A DNA stretch of 32,000 bases from an uncultured Chloroflexia bacterium (GCA_963841205.1 CAWJCH010000011.1:249727-281726), one strand, 5' to 3'; shown: positions 19,572 through 29,536, counted from the first letter of the stretch. Notes: a model not told the origin generated them from the letters alone. Numbers and translations are program-made.

Positions 19572-19847
19572 CCCTTGTTTCCTCCTTATCTTCACTACAC
19601 GCAAACCGTATCGCCGCACCAGTTCGGGGGTGCTCAGCAAAATAGGCGTTGCGCGTAACGCTCCCTGCTCGTGCGCTGTTCACCAACTTATAATAGAGAC
19701 AGGCAACCCAGCAGAGATCACATGAAACGAACCTGATCCATTGCAACACGATGTAGCTGACCTGCGGCTCTTCAGCGAGATCGGTGCAGCAACCAACCAG
19801 ACAGCACCGCCTTCCACACGGCCTCCTAAGCCATATGGAAATTGTGT

Positions 19848-20619
19848 CTAAAGCTTGTCCGTGACATCCCAGACCTGTCCATTCTCTGCGCTGGACAGGT
19901 GTGCAACCAGTGCACGACCAGAGATCTCTGGGGCGAGCAGCGTTCCCTGATCCTGATAACGTACGAATCGCGCATGGAGTTGCTCACCGATCTGTGCGGG
20001 ATCCTGACTGCGAATCCATGTCTGCATCGCGGTGTCCACTATCCCCGGTCGATAGATGTTGACCGTTACTCCCGTCCCCGCTAACTCCGCCGCCAGATTG
20101 ACCGTGTGCGCCTCAAGCGCGGCCTTCGTGGTGGCGTAACTATTGCCGCCGATCATGGTCTCGGGGTGCGCGGCGATGCCGCTCGAGACGTTGACGATGC
20201 GCCCCCAGCCGCGTTCGCGCATGCCAGGGGAGAAGAACGCGCTCAGGGCCGCGGGTGCGACAACGTTCAGCGTGAGGGCGTCGCGGAACGCGTCTGGGGC
20301 AATCTCGAGCCGAAGGACCGAGCGGCGCGACGGTGGCGGCGTTGTTGATCAGGATGTCGACCACGCCGACGCGACGTCGACGAGGTCCGCCGCGAGCTTG
20401 GCCAGCGCAGACAGGTCCAAGAGATCCGCGGCGAAGACCGTCGCCGCCGCACCTGCCTGGCGCACCTGCTCCGCCGTCGACCTCGAGCTGTCCCTCCGTG
20501 CGGGCGACGAGCGCCACGCGGCTCACGCCCGCACGGGCAAGCGCCACCGCCGTGGCGGCGCCGATGCCGCGCCCACCCCCGGTGACGACGGCGGTGCGCC
20601 CCGTCAGGAATCCGTCCAT
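19848..20619 (-). pseudogene. Short-chain dehydrogenase/reductase, three frame disruptions
   Basis: Motifs TGGGRGIG, NNAA, and S...YATTK. Frame changes near 20475 (+1), 20368 (-1) and 20310 (+1). GGAGGTGAGGAGG RBS. Confidence 0.8.
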
Positions 20620-20638
20620 GCGTGTCCTCCTCACCTCC

Positions 20639-21301
20639 CTAGAGTCCCAGCTGGTCGAGCGCGTCGAGGATCTGCTGCGGCTCGGTCCGAGTCGAGTAGT
20701 CGGGATGGACGTCGATCCATGCAAGCTTGCCGTCGCGATCAACGATGGCCACCGTCGGCATTGGCAGCGCGGTAGTCCCATCGGCGTTGACCCGCGTGAG
20801 GTCGAGCCCGTGCGCCAACTGCGCCTCGCGAGCTGCGTCGGACGGGCGGGTCAAAATGCCGAGCGCGCCGGCGATCTGGTTGCCGGGATCCGAGAGGACG
20901 GCGAAGTCGAGGTCGTGTTTCTCCTGCATCGTCAGCGAACCATCCGGGACCTGGGGACTCAGCGCGACGAGCACGATGCCGCGCTGGGCGAGGGGCTTGC
21001 TCAGCTGTGTTCGGTACGTCGCCAGAGCGATGTTGCAGTACGGGCACCAGGCTCCGCGATAGAAGACGACTACGCCGGCCGAACCGCTCAGCGTTGCGGC
21101 GAGGGTCGTCGCCTCGCCGGTCGGGCTGAGCAGCTCGCTATCCGGGAAATTGGCGCCGAGCGGCAAGGCGGGCGTCACGGTGTCGCGGGAGAGCGCGGCC
21201 TGCTCAATCGCCCAGACGTTGTCGTCCGAGCGTCCTTTGTGCAAGGCCGCAACCTGACTCGCGATGGTGTCGGCGGATTCACTCGACATGTTTTCTTCCA
21301 T
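20639..21301 (-). CDS. Peroxiredoxin-like / AhpC-TSA (redoxin) family thioredoxin-fold protein
   Basis: 220-aa intact ORF with VVVFYRGAWCPYCN. Its stop is 20 nt from the SDR start. Confidence 0.75.
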   Translation of the reverse strand: MEENMSSESADTIASQVAALHKGRSDDNVWAIEQAALSRDTVTPALPLGANFPDSELLSPTGEATTLAATLSGSAGVVVFYRGAWCPYCNIALATYRTQLSKPLAQRGIVLVALSPQVPDGSLTMQEKHDLDFAVLSDPGNQIAGALGILTRPSDAAREAQLAHGLDLTRVNADGTTALPMPTVAIVDRDGKLAWIDVHPDYSTRTEPQQILDALDQLGL

Positions 21302-21336
21302 CTCCTCGACGTAGGCCCATGCTGGAGAGCCATTAC

Positions 21337-21396
21337 TGTACTACATGGTACAATCATAGAGGGGGTAAAATGTACTTTCAAGTACAATCTTGTACT
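21337..21396. promoter_or_regulatory. Candidate TetR operators in the divergent intergenic region
   Basis: TGTAC-N6-GTACA occurs at 21337-21352 and 21371-21386. An overlapping AGTACA-N4-TGTACT lies at 21381-21396. TACAAT at 21349-21354. Confidence 0.55.
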
Positions 21397-21429
21397 TGGC
21401 GAGGCTGCAGTCATGGAGGGAGGGACTAT

Positions 21430-22056
21430 ATGCCCCGGGCGACCGACGAACCAACCACGCCGCCGACGCGGAAAGGCCGGCAGACGCGGAGCCGCATCAT
21501 CGAGGCGGCGGCAGCGCTCATGCTGCGCAACGGCGTCGAGCACACGACGCTCGACGAGGTGATCGCGGCGTCGGCGGTCGGCAAGTCGCAGCTCTACCAC
21601 TACTTCACCGGCAAGGCCGACCTCGTCGCGGCCGTCATCGCCTATCAGACCGAGCAGGTCCTCAGCCCGGATGGCCCGCACCTCGCCCCCTTGGATAGTT
21701 GGGAGGCCTGGCAGCGCTGGCGCGACGCCGTGGTGCGGCTCCAGGTACGCGCAGATTGCGTCGGAGGCTGTCCGCTCGGCTCGCTCTCCAGCGAACTGGC
21801 CGACATCGACGAGGCCGCACGGGTGCACTTGGTGCGCAGCTTCGACCGCTGGCAGGCCGCATTCCAGGTCGGCATCGAGGCGATGCGCAGGCGCAAGCTG
21901 ATTGCGGAGGACGCCGATGCGACGTCGTTAGCGGTGGCGATCCTGGCCGCGCTGCAAGGCGGGCTGCTGCTGTGCCAGACGAGGAAGAGCACTGCTCCGT
22001 TGGAACGGGCGCTGGATGGTGCGATCCTATTGCTGCGATACTTCGCGATCGCGTGA
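21430..22056 (+). CDS. TetR/AcrR-family transcriptional regulator
   Basis: ATG 21430. HTH region TLDEVIAASAVGKSQLYHYF. Divergent from the prx-like/SDR pair. Confidence 0.85.
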   Translation: MPRATDEPTTPPTRKGRQTRSRIIEAAAALMLRNGVEHTTLDEVIAASAVGKSQLYHYFTGKADLVAAVIAYQTEQVLSPDGPHLAPLDSWEAWQRWRDAVVRLQVRADCVGGCPLGSLSSELADIDEAARVHLVRSFDRWQAAFQVGIEAMRRRKLIAEDADATSLAVAILAALQGGLLLCQTRKSTAPLERALDGAILLLRYFAIA

Positions 22057-22061
22057 GCCAT

Positions 22062-22404
22062 ATGCGAGGTGAGCTGGTGCGTGAGCGGCGCCGACACCGC
22101 GGGCTGCCCCTGCCCGTCGCCGACAAGGTGCTCCCGTTCCAAGCCCGCGCCTCCCAAGGGGCCGTCCCCCACGCCCAGCAGCGATGCGCCGGACAGCGTG
22201 GGCGACATCGGAGAGGGTAACCTCCCGCGCGCGGCTGCTACCGGGTCGCAGGTTGCGGACGCCTTCGCGGCGCTGCAGGCTGCAGAGTTGAGTGGAGTTC
22301 CACGTCGCACTCTGGACCACCTTGAGGAAGCCTATCTTACCGAGGTTGCCGTCTATCGGGCCATCGCCACTCAACCGCCCGCGGCGACGTCGGATGCATT
22401 CTGA
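22062..22404 (+). pseudogene. Small HTH (excisionase/MerR-like) ORF, paralog of 2948..3176, at least one frameshift
   Basis: MRGELVRERRRHRGLPLPVADKVLPF... (frame of ORF 21699..22220), then ...ADAFAALQAAELSGVPRRTLDHLEEAYLTE... in frame +1 (ORF 22069..22404). Confidence 0.45.
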
Positions 22405-22621
22405 GCGACTCGGAGTGCCAAGAGTGTCCGCCTCGTACAGTCGCCGGGTGCCCGGAGGTAGAGTGTGGTCGGCCCCTGGCTGTGCCATGTTTATGTCCAC
22501 GCAAATCCGCATCCGTGGGTGACGTGATCTCCTGAGATGTATCCGGCATCATGGCTACACTCCAGCATATCAAGTGACCATATACGGTTTCGCTGCTTCG
22601 GCCCGAGGTGCTCACTGCAGC

Positions 22622-22639
22622 AGTTCTCTTCACCTCCGC
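22622..22639 (+). repeat. Dispersed motif copy c (AGTTCTCTTCACCTCCGC, 17/18)
   Basis: Followed by GATGAGCAT, as copy a is by GATGAAGCAT. Confidence 0.75.
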
Positions 22640-23301
22640 AGATGAGCATTCGTCATGCCGCGAAGCAAGGGGCCACGCTTCGCGGACCCCGTTCAACCGA
22701 CACGTCTCTTGGAGACGTAGGTCGATAGCGATTGGTTGACATCCTGGCTACAATGGTCCTGCGGAAGACTAAGTGGGCGTGCGGTCTCGCGACTGACATG
22801 GGATGTACGAGTGTGCAAGCGCTGACGGGGGCGGCAATCATCAAATCCACATACCATACAAGGGTTAAGTACTGACCCCCTGCGAGCACAGCTACGTAGT
22901 GCGGTCCGCGTCGGTCCGCAAGGGAGGCACGATGATACAGTACTAGGGCGATACTACAACATGCGACGTGAGGTGGCCGACAAGGCGAAAGTGGTGGCTC
23001 GGACGCAGGGTGAGTATGGCCTCGACCCTCTCGGCCCTATGGATTCAGATGCTGTCGTTCAGCGCCTCCCATCTGTTGCGCAACGGCTGCAAGTTACCAT
23101 CCAAGATATACGGTGTCTGGCCAAACACTGTCTCCATCTTGACTCGTTGCCTGCTCGCCACGTCCATCGCTGCATCGACGTGCGGGGTCAAGCGATCAGC
23201 CTTTCGTGAGCTCCCATTTACAGGCAGCGAGAACCCTGCCACGCGAGACCCATCGGTGCGCTGGGACCCAGGAGTAACCCTGCTTACTCAGAGGTAACAC
23301 G

Positions 23302-24657
23302 ATGGCACGTAGTTGGCCTGAACACAACGACAGCGGACAACCCCATAAACTCCTCGCTCGATCTTGCGGAACAGCAGCTGCGCAGCGGATCTCCGTGGCG
23401 CCTGCAGCGACAGTCAATCAACTCGCTCCCTCATATTTGGATTCGCTCTTGGGACGCACGCTGGGGAAGGTACGCCTTATAACGATTCTCGTACTGCTCC
23501 TCGCCTCTTTTGCACAGCCGCTGGTTGGACGCGTCGGCTTACCAACCTGGATCCTCATCCTGGCGTTCGCTGGATATAGCGTGATTCTCCTCGTACTTCG
23601 CTACATCGCGCCTCATTTCCTGTCTGCTTCGAATAGTGCCTTCGTAGATCTCGTGGTCGCGGGCATCTTGTATTCCATGGGCGCGACCCCGGATGGCCCA
23701 TTATTCGTCCTGCTTCTCATGGTCACTGTCTGCGCTGTCGCAACAAGTCCCATCCGATTGGGCTGGGCCTATACTGGCGCTGCCACTCTTATTATTGGCA
23801 TCGCAACTCCCACTCTCCCACTCTGGCCTCATAGCAGCATAGCCATGCGTGACCTCATAGCCCACCTCATCATCGTCGCACTCGTGGGGACGATGACTGT
23901 GCTGCTCGTGCGGCAGTTGGAGCATGAGCATCATACTGCACTCACGGTTCAGCGGCAGGTCGAACGCCAGGCAGAGCTCGATCGACTGCGCGGTGTGTTC
24001 GTCTCGAGCGTCTCACATGACCTGAGGACTCCACTGACCGCGTTGCGCGCCGGGATCGGTATGCTTGAAACGAGTCTCCAAGATCGGCTCCGTCCCGATG
24101 AGGAAAAGCTGCTCGCCACGGCACAGCGCAATAGCGAGCGCCTTGGCCTGCTCATCGGCGACCTCCTCACCATCAGCCAGCTCGAAGCAGGCGTACTGCA
24201 TATTGAGCATGCCATCGTCGACTTGCAGTCTGTGGTGGAGGCTGCCGTCACTGCTGTGCAGCCATTGCTGAACGAGAAACGTCAATTCGTGACCGTGGAC
24301 TTCGCTACTCTAGCGACAGTGATTGGCGATTCGCGACGACTGGAACAGGCGCTGGTGAACGTGATCGCAAATGCGTATCAGCATACTCCAGTCGGGACGC
24401 ATATTGAAATCTCCAGCAAGGTGCAGGCGCAGGATGTGATGATCACTATCAGTGACGATGGCCCGGGCATCCCTGCAGAGGACCTCGAGCGCATCTTCGT
24501 GCGCTTTCACCGGCTTACCCCCGCAACGAGTGGCTCTGGACTCGGGCTCGACATCGCGAGACGTATCATCGAACTGCATGAGGGCCGCATGTGGGCGGAG
24601 AGCGCTGTTGGACAAGGCACTACTTTTCACATTGCCCTGCCGTGCAACGAACACTGA
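23302..24657 (+). CDS. Membrane histidine kinase (multi-TM N-terminal sensor, HisKA, HATPase_c)
   Basis: 451-aa intact ORF. H-box VSHDLRTPLTAL. N and G boxes present. GAGG RBS. Confidence 0.85.
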   Translation: MARSWPEHNDSGQPHKLLARSCGTAAAQRISVAPAATVNQLAPSYLDSLLGRTLGKVRLITILVLLLASFAQPLVGRVGLPTWILILAFAGYSVILLVLRYIAPHFLSASNSAFVDLVVAGILYSMGATPDGPLFVLLLMVTVCAVATSPIRLGWAYTGAATLIIGIATPTLPLWPHSSIAMRDLIAHLIIVALVGTMTVLLVRQLEHEHHTALTVQRQVERQAELDRLRGVFVSSVSHDLRTPLTALRAGIGMLETSLQDRLRPDEEKLLATAQRNSERLGLLIGDLLTISQLEAGVLHIEHAIVDLQSVVEAAVTAVQPLLNEKRQFVTVDFATLATVIGDSRRLEQALVNVIANAYQHTPVGTHIEISSKVQAQDVMITISDDGPGIPAEDLERIFVRFHRLTPATSGSGLGLDIARRIIELHEGRMWAESAVGQGTTFHIALPCNEH

Positions 24658-24665
24658 GAGGCCGC

Positions 24666-25370
24666 ATGCCACTGAACCTCCTGATTGCCGATGACGCGCG
24701 CGATGTCGCGGAAATCGTGGCATTCGGGGCACGCATGGTTTGGCCGGATTGTGTAACACATCTCGCGGAGAACGGTCACGGTACGCTCGCCTGCTTTGCG
24801 CGCGAGCCGATTGACCTCGTCGTGCTCGATGTGGCGATGCCTCCACCGGATGGATTTGAGGTGTGCCGCCGCATTCGCAAGGTCTCCCAGGTACCGATTC
24901 TGATGCTCACCGTGCATGATGCTGTAGTTGACAAGGTGCACGCGCTGGACTTGGGAGCGGACGACTATTTGACGAAGCCGTTTGATCACCTTGAGTTGCT
25001 TGCTCGTCTCAAGGCGCTGGTTCGAAGAGCTTCCAATCAGGCCGCGCCGGGATCGAGGGTCCAAGAGCCCTTCGTCTCCGGCGGCTTTGTGCTCAATTAC
25101 GCCACCCATGAAGTCCAGGTCGACAGAGTGCCCGTCGTGCTTACGCGCACAGAGTATCGCTTATTGGAGGCGCTTGTGCGCAAAGCGGGCCAGATGCTCT
25201 CGCATCGAGTGTTGCTAGAAACGGTCTGGGGGCCTGAGTATATCAACGACACGCACTATCTCAAGGTGTTCGTGCAGCGTTTGCGCCGCAAGCTGGGTGA
25301 TGACCCGCAGCATCCACGATTCATCAACACTGAGTGGGGTAATGGGTACTCGTTCGCTGCCCCTTCCTGA
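24666..25370 (+). CDS. OmpR/PhoB-family response regulator
   Basis: ATG 24666, 8 nt after the HK stop. Receiver residues DD...D (LVVLDVAMP)...T...K (YLTKPF). Winged-helix C-terminus ...RFINTEWGNGYSF. Confidence 0.9.
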   Translation: MPLNLLIADDARDVAEIVAFGARMVWPDCVTHLAENGHGTLACFAREPIDLVVLDVAMPPPDGFEVCRRIRKVSQVPILMLTVHDAVVDKVHALDLGADDYLTKPFDHLELLARLKALVRRASNQAAPGSRVQEPFVSGGFVLNYATHEVQVDRVPVVLTRTEYRLLEALVRKAGQMLSHRVLLETVWGPEYINDTHYLKVFVQRLRRKLGDDPQHPRFINTEWGNGYSFAAPS

Positions 25371-25659
25371 GCGGCCTAGACCCATCGCTTGCTCTCGCCC
25401 TGCTTCGGGACGCAAGCGGAATCTCTTCTCTGTCCGAAGTGTGTCCGGATGGCATTTACGATTGTTTACCATTCCCACGATACTATTCACCCGCGTTGAC
25501 TTTTCGAAGGCATCCGCTCCTGTAGAGTAGGCACGTGCTCGTCTGGGGGCCAACACGAGCAAGCCAGGCGAGTCAATGGTGCTGTCTCGATGGTGCAGTC
25601 TCGTAAGCGGTCCAGATCGATAGAGCCCTACAGAGACAGAACTCTCAAGGAGAGATGTG

Positions 25660-26124
25660 ATGGGGCTTTCTGCTCGCGTGCGCGCGGCGCGTTTCCTGAG
25701 CGCCTATGCACAGGGACAGCGCTCGTTCTACCACTGGGACTTACAGGGCGTGGATCTGCGGGCCGAGTGCCTGCCTGATATTGACCTGCGGGGTGCCCGT
25801 CTGCGGGGCGCTAACCTTCGTGGAACACAGCTTCCAAATGCGGTGCTGGCCGGTGCTGATCTGCGTGATGCAGATCTCACCGCGGCCAATCTGCAGGATG
25901 CTGTGCTGGCATATGCGCAACTCACGCGGGCAGTCGTGCATGCAGCGAGCCTGGCAGGCGCAGATCTCACCGGTGCACTCCTTGTTCGCAGCGATCTACG
26001 CGGCGCTGATCTTGAATGGGCGTATGCGGCCGAGGTGGATTTTACGGGAGCATGCCTGAACGGCGCCAGGTTCACCGATGCTGATCTCAGCGACACTGCG
26101 CTGGAGACAAAGTGCGCAGAGTGA
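25660..26124 (+). CDS. Pentapeptide-repeat protein
   Basis: Tandem A(D/N)LxG-type pentapeptides (LRGARLRGANLRGTQL...ADLRDADLTAANLQDA...). AAGGAGAG RBS. Confidence 0.85.
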   Translation: MGLSARVRAARFLSAYAQGQRSFYHWDLQGVDLRAECLPDIDLRGARLRGANLRGTQLPNAVLAGADLRDADLTAANLQDAVLAYAQLTRAVVHAASLAGADLTGALLVRSDLRGADLEWAYAAEVDFTGACLNGARFTDADLSDTALETKCAE

Positions 26125-26142
26125 CTGATTCACCCACGCAAC

Positions 26143-26739
26143 ATGTTGAAGCGTCGATATTGCCAATCCAGCATCGTCGGACACGATTGTCATGCAACGA
26201 CGGCGGTGACATCGCGACAGGAGCCAGGTTCATTGGATGCATACATGTGGGCAGCGATTGTGGCGTTACAGGCGGCTGGATGGACATGCTGGCCGACCAC
26301 CAACCTGTCGTCCGTCTTGGTGCCCATTCAGGTGAGGGCTCAGGTCAAGCACCTCACCTGCATTCTGGAGATCAACTCGGAGGCCAAGGAATTCGTGGCA
26401 TATATCCTCGTCCCCACCCATGTGCCGGAGCGCATGTACCAGAGGGCGATCGAGTATGTCACGCGTGCAAACGTCACCCTCCGTCTGGGTGCCTTTGAGT
26501 TCGATTATGACGATGGGATCATCGCGTTCCGCTCTGGAGTGGTCATTGACGAGTTGTCGGCCATCCCTGCTGTGCTCCCCGCGCTCCTCGGACACGCTGC
26601 GTCAACGGTTGATCGGCACTTTCCTGGTCTCATGCGGGTCATCGCGTCGGAAGTTCAGCCAATCGACGCTTTAGAAGAGGTCGAACGGTATTCGATAGAG
26701 CAGGTAGTCGCGTATGCCAGCCGCCTCCTTGATGACTGA
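26143..26739 (+). CDS. YbjN-like (type III secretion chaperone-like fold) domain protein
   Basis: Pattern ...YVTRANVTLRLGAFEFDYDDGIIAFRSG... The start is uncertain (alternative M at 26245). Confidence 0.5.
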   Translation: MLKRRYCQSSIVGHDCHATTAVTSRQEPGSLDAYMWAAIVALQAAGWTCWPTTNLSSVLVPIQVRAQVKHLTCILEINSEAKEFVAYILVPTHVPERMYQRAIEYVTRANVTLRLGAFEFDYDDGIIAFRSGVVIDELSAIPAVLPALLGHAASTVDRHFPGLMRVIASEVQPIDALEEVERYSIEQVVAYASRLLDD

Positions 26740-27002
26740 TTTATATGTTTCGATGCCCAGATACTTCTGCGAACTTCGCTGCCTGCTTACGGCAGAGGTA
26801 GGGCGGGAGCTTGAGTAGGGACCATCATGGTGCAGCTCGGAGTAAGGGGCTCCCTTGGTACGTGGCCATCAGCGTCTCCACGCCGCCACCGAAGGTACTT
26901 CCGCGACCTGGCCAAATGGCTTGCGTTCTCTGCTCAGTGGTCAGACTGATTTGTTGCGAAGATTTAGCGAGTGAGTAGCACACCAAGACACAGAGGTACC
27001 CA

Positions 27003-29144
27003 ATGCACAGTATGCAGCGGCGAAAGCGCCGAAAAGCCTACCCATTGCGGCCATGTGGTAGGTGTGGAGCACGTGGCCAGACTTTGGTCATCTTCGCCAT
27101 CTCCGCCACCGTCCTGATCGCGCTCGCGGGCCTCGCCATCGACGCGGCGCGGGCGGTCGATCTCTACGCCCGTATGGAGCGTGCGGCGGAGGCCGGGGCC
27201 TTGGCCGGCGCGCTCTACATGCCGAACTACTACGACACGGTGCGGCCCGGCGACAGCGAGTCAGCGATCTCGCGCGCCTCGGAGGAGGTCGTCAAGAACG
27301 GCTTCGGCACCGTCCTCGCCACGAACGCTGCCGCCTGCCCGAGCCCGGCGAGCTCGATCGAGGTGGCGATCTGCCCCGTCACGGGACGGACGAATGACCT
27401 CGAGGTGACGATTACCGAGCACTTCGACCTCGTGCTGCTCTCCGCCCTCGGCGTGACGCCCGTCACGCTCTCCGCCTCGGGCCAGGCGGAATATTTGCCT
27501 CCTGTGCAGCTCGGATCACGGCTCAACTACTTCGGCGATCAGGTCGAATGCTCGTCGGACAATCCCCCCGATCCCACCGAGACCCACGCATGCAGCACCA
27601 GTGCGACTGACAACCACCTCCAGTACTTCATGGCGACGATGAAGGGCCCCGCGACGCTGAAGGAACAGGGCGACCCAATGGTCTACTGTGAGGAGGGGCC
27701 GGGGGAGATCGGCGCGACCGATGGACCGGCCTACATCTATTCCCCTTACACTTTCAACGCCGGATCCAACTGGACGAATCATCAGCAATACACCGACAGT
27801 ATCACCAACCATTGCGGTATTCCGGGGACCGGCGGCAACCCCGGCAATCCGGATCAGCAGCCGGCGGGGTTCAGCGGCCCGGCGACCCAGAACACTGCCC
27901 ATCCGGGAGGCTACAATTATCAAGTGGTGGTGCCCGCCGGCATCACGGGCGCGTCGCTCTGGATCTACAATCCGAGCTTCGTCAACGGGAAGGGCGACTT
28001 CGGCGGGAACGAGAGCCTCGACATCTATCCGAAGACACACACCGCCACCGGCGGCGGCGTCGCGGCATCAAACGGTTACGAGGATGCGCCATCCTTCTAC
28101 TTCTCGACGACCTACACACTCTATTCCGTCTCTAGCCTCTTCGATCGCTCCTCCGACAGCCAACTCGTCAGCAAAACGTACCCACCGTACGATGGCTACG
28201 GGCCGGATCTGACGCTCCACGGCTGCTCTGCCGGCTCCAATCCGGTCTACGATCCGTACTGGGAAGAGTATCTGACTGGCGGCGTGACCGCGACTCCCAA
28301 TAGCTACCACAATCCCGGCGGCATTGTCGCAGGCCAGGGCTGCTTTGACCTGAGCACAAATACAGCCCCCTCATGGGATGCGGCCGCCCCGGCGCCGTGC
28401 TACCGGCAGTGGTGCACGATTGCGACCAACCTCGCCCCTGGGACGTATCGCCTCGTCGTCGAGGCCACCGGCCTCGTCACCAACACGCCCGAGTATCACT
28501 CTACCACCACCGACGGCTCGGGCACCCACCTCTATTCGGTCAAGGTATGCCCGACGAGCGGCCTCGGCGATCCGTTGAGCTGCGGGACCGGGGCCGTCGG
28601 CTCGAACCCCGGCGTCTCGCTGTTCGGCTGGAACAACATGGAGGTGGCGTTCACCGCGCCGATGGGCCAGGAGACACCCAGTTCTTCAAACCCCGCTTCC
28701 TCGTGTGTCGCCTCGGCTGTCACCCCCTATACGTGCCTGGACCTCGGTTGCATCCAGACGGCGTATGCGGGGCGCTCGGTCAACATCCGCCTGTTCGACC
28801 CCGGCGACGGGTCGGGGGACCTCTATATCGGCGTCATCGCGCCGCCGGGGAGCGGCGTCACGGTGAGCTATCCGGCGTGGGTGCCGACTACGACGATTGA
28901 CGGGGACACGGTGGTCCACGCGCGGTTCAGCAGCCCGAATTACAATGCCTTCAACGGCCTCTGGCTCGATGCGACCGTCACGCTCCCCTCCAGCTACACA
29001 GGGAACTGCCAGACAGGTGCAGGTGGCACAGGGTGGTTCCAGCTCGTTTACGCGAGCGCGAATGGGACGCCGGGTGACTGGGTGAACGTCTCGTTCACCC
29101 TAGTTGGCAGTCCCTTGCATCTGGTCCCACCTATCCTCGGCTAG
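27003..29144 (+). CDS. TadE/TadG-like N-terminal domain protein with a large uncharacterised Gly/Pro/Tyr/Cys-rich extracytoplasmic region (713 aa)
   Basis: N-terminus GQTLVIFAISATVLIALAGLAIDAARAVDLYARMERAAEAGALAGA matches the Flp-pilus TadG-like N domain. The rest was not recognised. No other tad genes are nearby. Confidence 0.7.
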   Translation: MHSMQRRKRRKAYPLRPCGRCGARGQTLVIFAISATVLIALAGLAIDAARAVDLYARMERAAEAGALAGALYMPNYYDTVRPGDSESAISRASEEVVKNGFGTVLATNAAACPSPASSIEVAICPVTGRTNDLEVTITEHFDLVLLSALGVTPVTLSASGQAEYLPPVQLGSRLNYFGDQVECSSDNPPDPTETHACSTSATDNHLQYFMATMKGPATLKEQGDPMVYCEEGPGEIGATDGPAYIYSPYTFNAGSNWTNHQQYTDSITNHCGIPGTGGNPGNPDQQPAGFSGPATQNTAHPGGYNYQVVVPAGITGASLWIYNPSFVNGKGDFGGNESLDIYPKTHTATGGGVAASNGYEDAPSFYFSTTYTLYSVSSLFDRSSDSQLVSKTYPPYDGYGPDLTLHGCSAGSNPVYDPYWEEYLTGGVTATPNSYHNPGGIVAGQGCFDLSTNTAPSWDAAAPAPCYRQWCTIATNLAPGTYRLVVEATGLVTNTPEYHSTTTDGSGTHLYSVKVCPTSGLGDPLSCGTGAVGSNPGVSLFGWNNMEVAFTAPMGQETPSSSNPASSCVASAVTPYTCLDLGCIQTAYAGRSVNIRLFDPGDGSGDLYIGVIAPPGSGVTVSYPAWVPTTTIDGDTVVHARFSSPNYNAFNGLWLDATVTLPSSYTGNCQTGAGGTGWFQLVYASANGTPGDWVNVSFTLVGSPLHLVPPILG

Positions 29145-29445
29145 CCCTACGCCCTCGATCTCTTCCATGTCCACGGACTCGACGCGAGATCCAACAGAAT
29201 GGTCGCACACGCCGACGTCGCGAGCCGGACCACGCCATTCACGGTCCTTCGCTTGGAAGAACAAGGGGAGCGTCACGCCGACGACGAAGCTGTGCAGCAG
29301 AGGAGCGTCTTAGAACCAGCTCGCTGGCCGTATATGATCCGTTGACGCTCGAGATGCGATCAGCGATGGCGGACTCCCATCGGTGATGCTTTCCCCTGAG
29401 GCCACGTCGGTCCCCCGCGAAGCCTACTTGGTTGACCACCGTGGC

Positions 29446-29460
29446 GGTTCTCTTCACTCC
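29446..29460 (+). repeat. Dispersed motif copy d (GGTTCTCTTCAC-TCC)
   Basis: Truncated/indel variant, about 200 nt from the istB stop. Confidence 0.6.
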
Positions 29461-29514
29461 TACAGTGGACATCTGCGCTAGAACACTGCTCCACTCAATG
29501 AGAGGCGCTTCGAA

Positions 29515-29536
29515 GCCACTCAGGGCCCTGAGTGGC
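29515..29536. repeat. 22-bp perfect palindrome
   Basis: GCCACTCAGGGCCCTGAGTGGC is identical to its reverse complement. Confidence 0.8.

Noticed and set aside
22736-22754. TTGACA ... TACAAT promoter-like hexamers
   Set aside because: The spacer is only 7 nt, which is incompatible with a sigma-70-type promoter.
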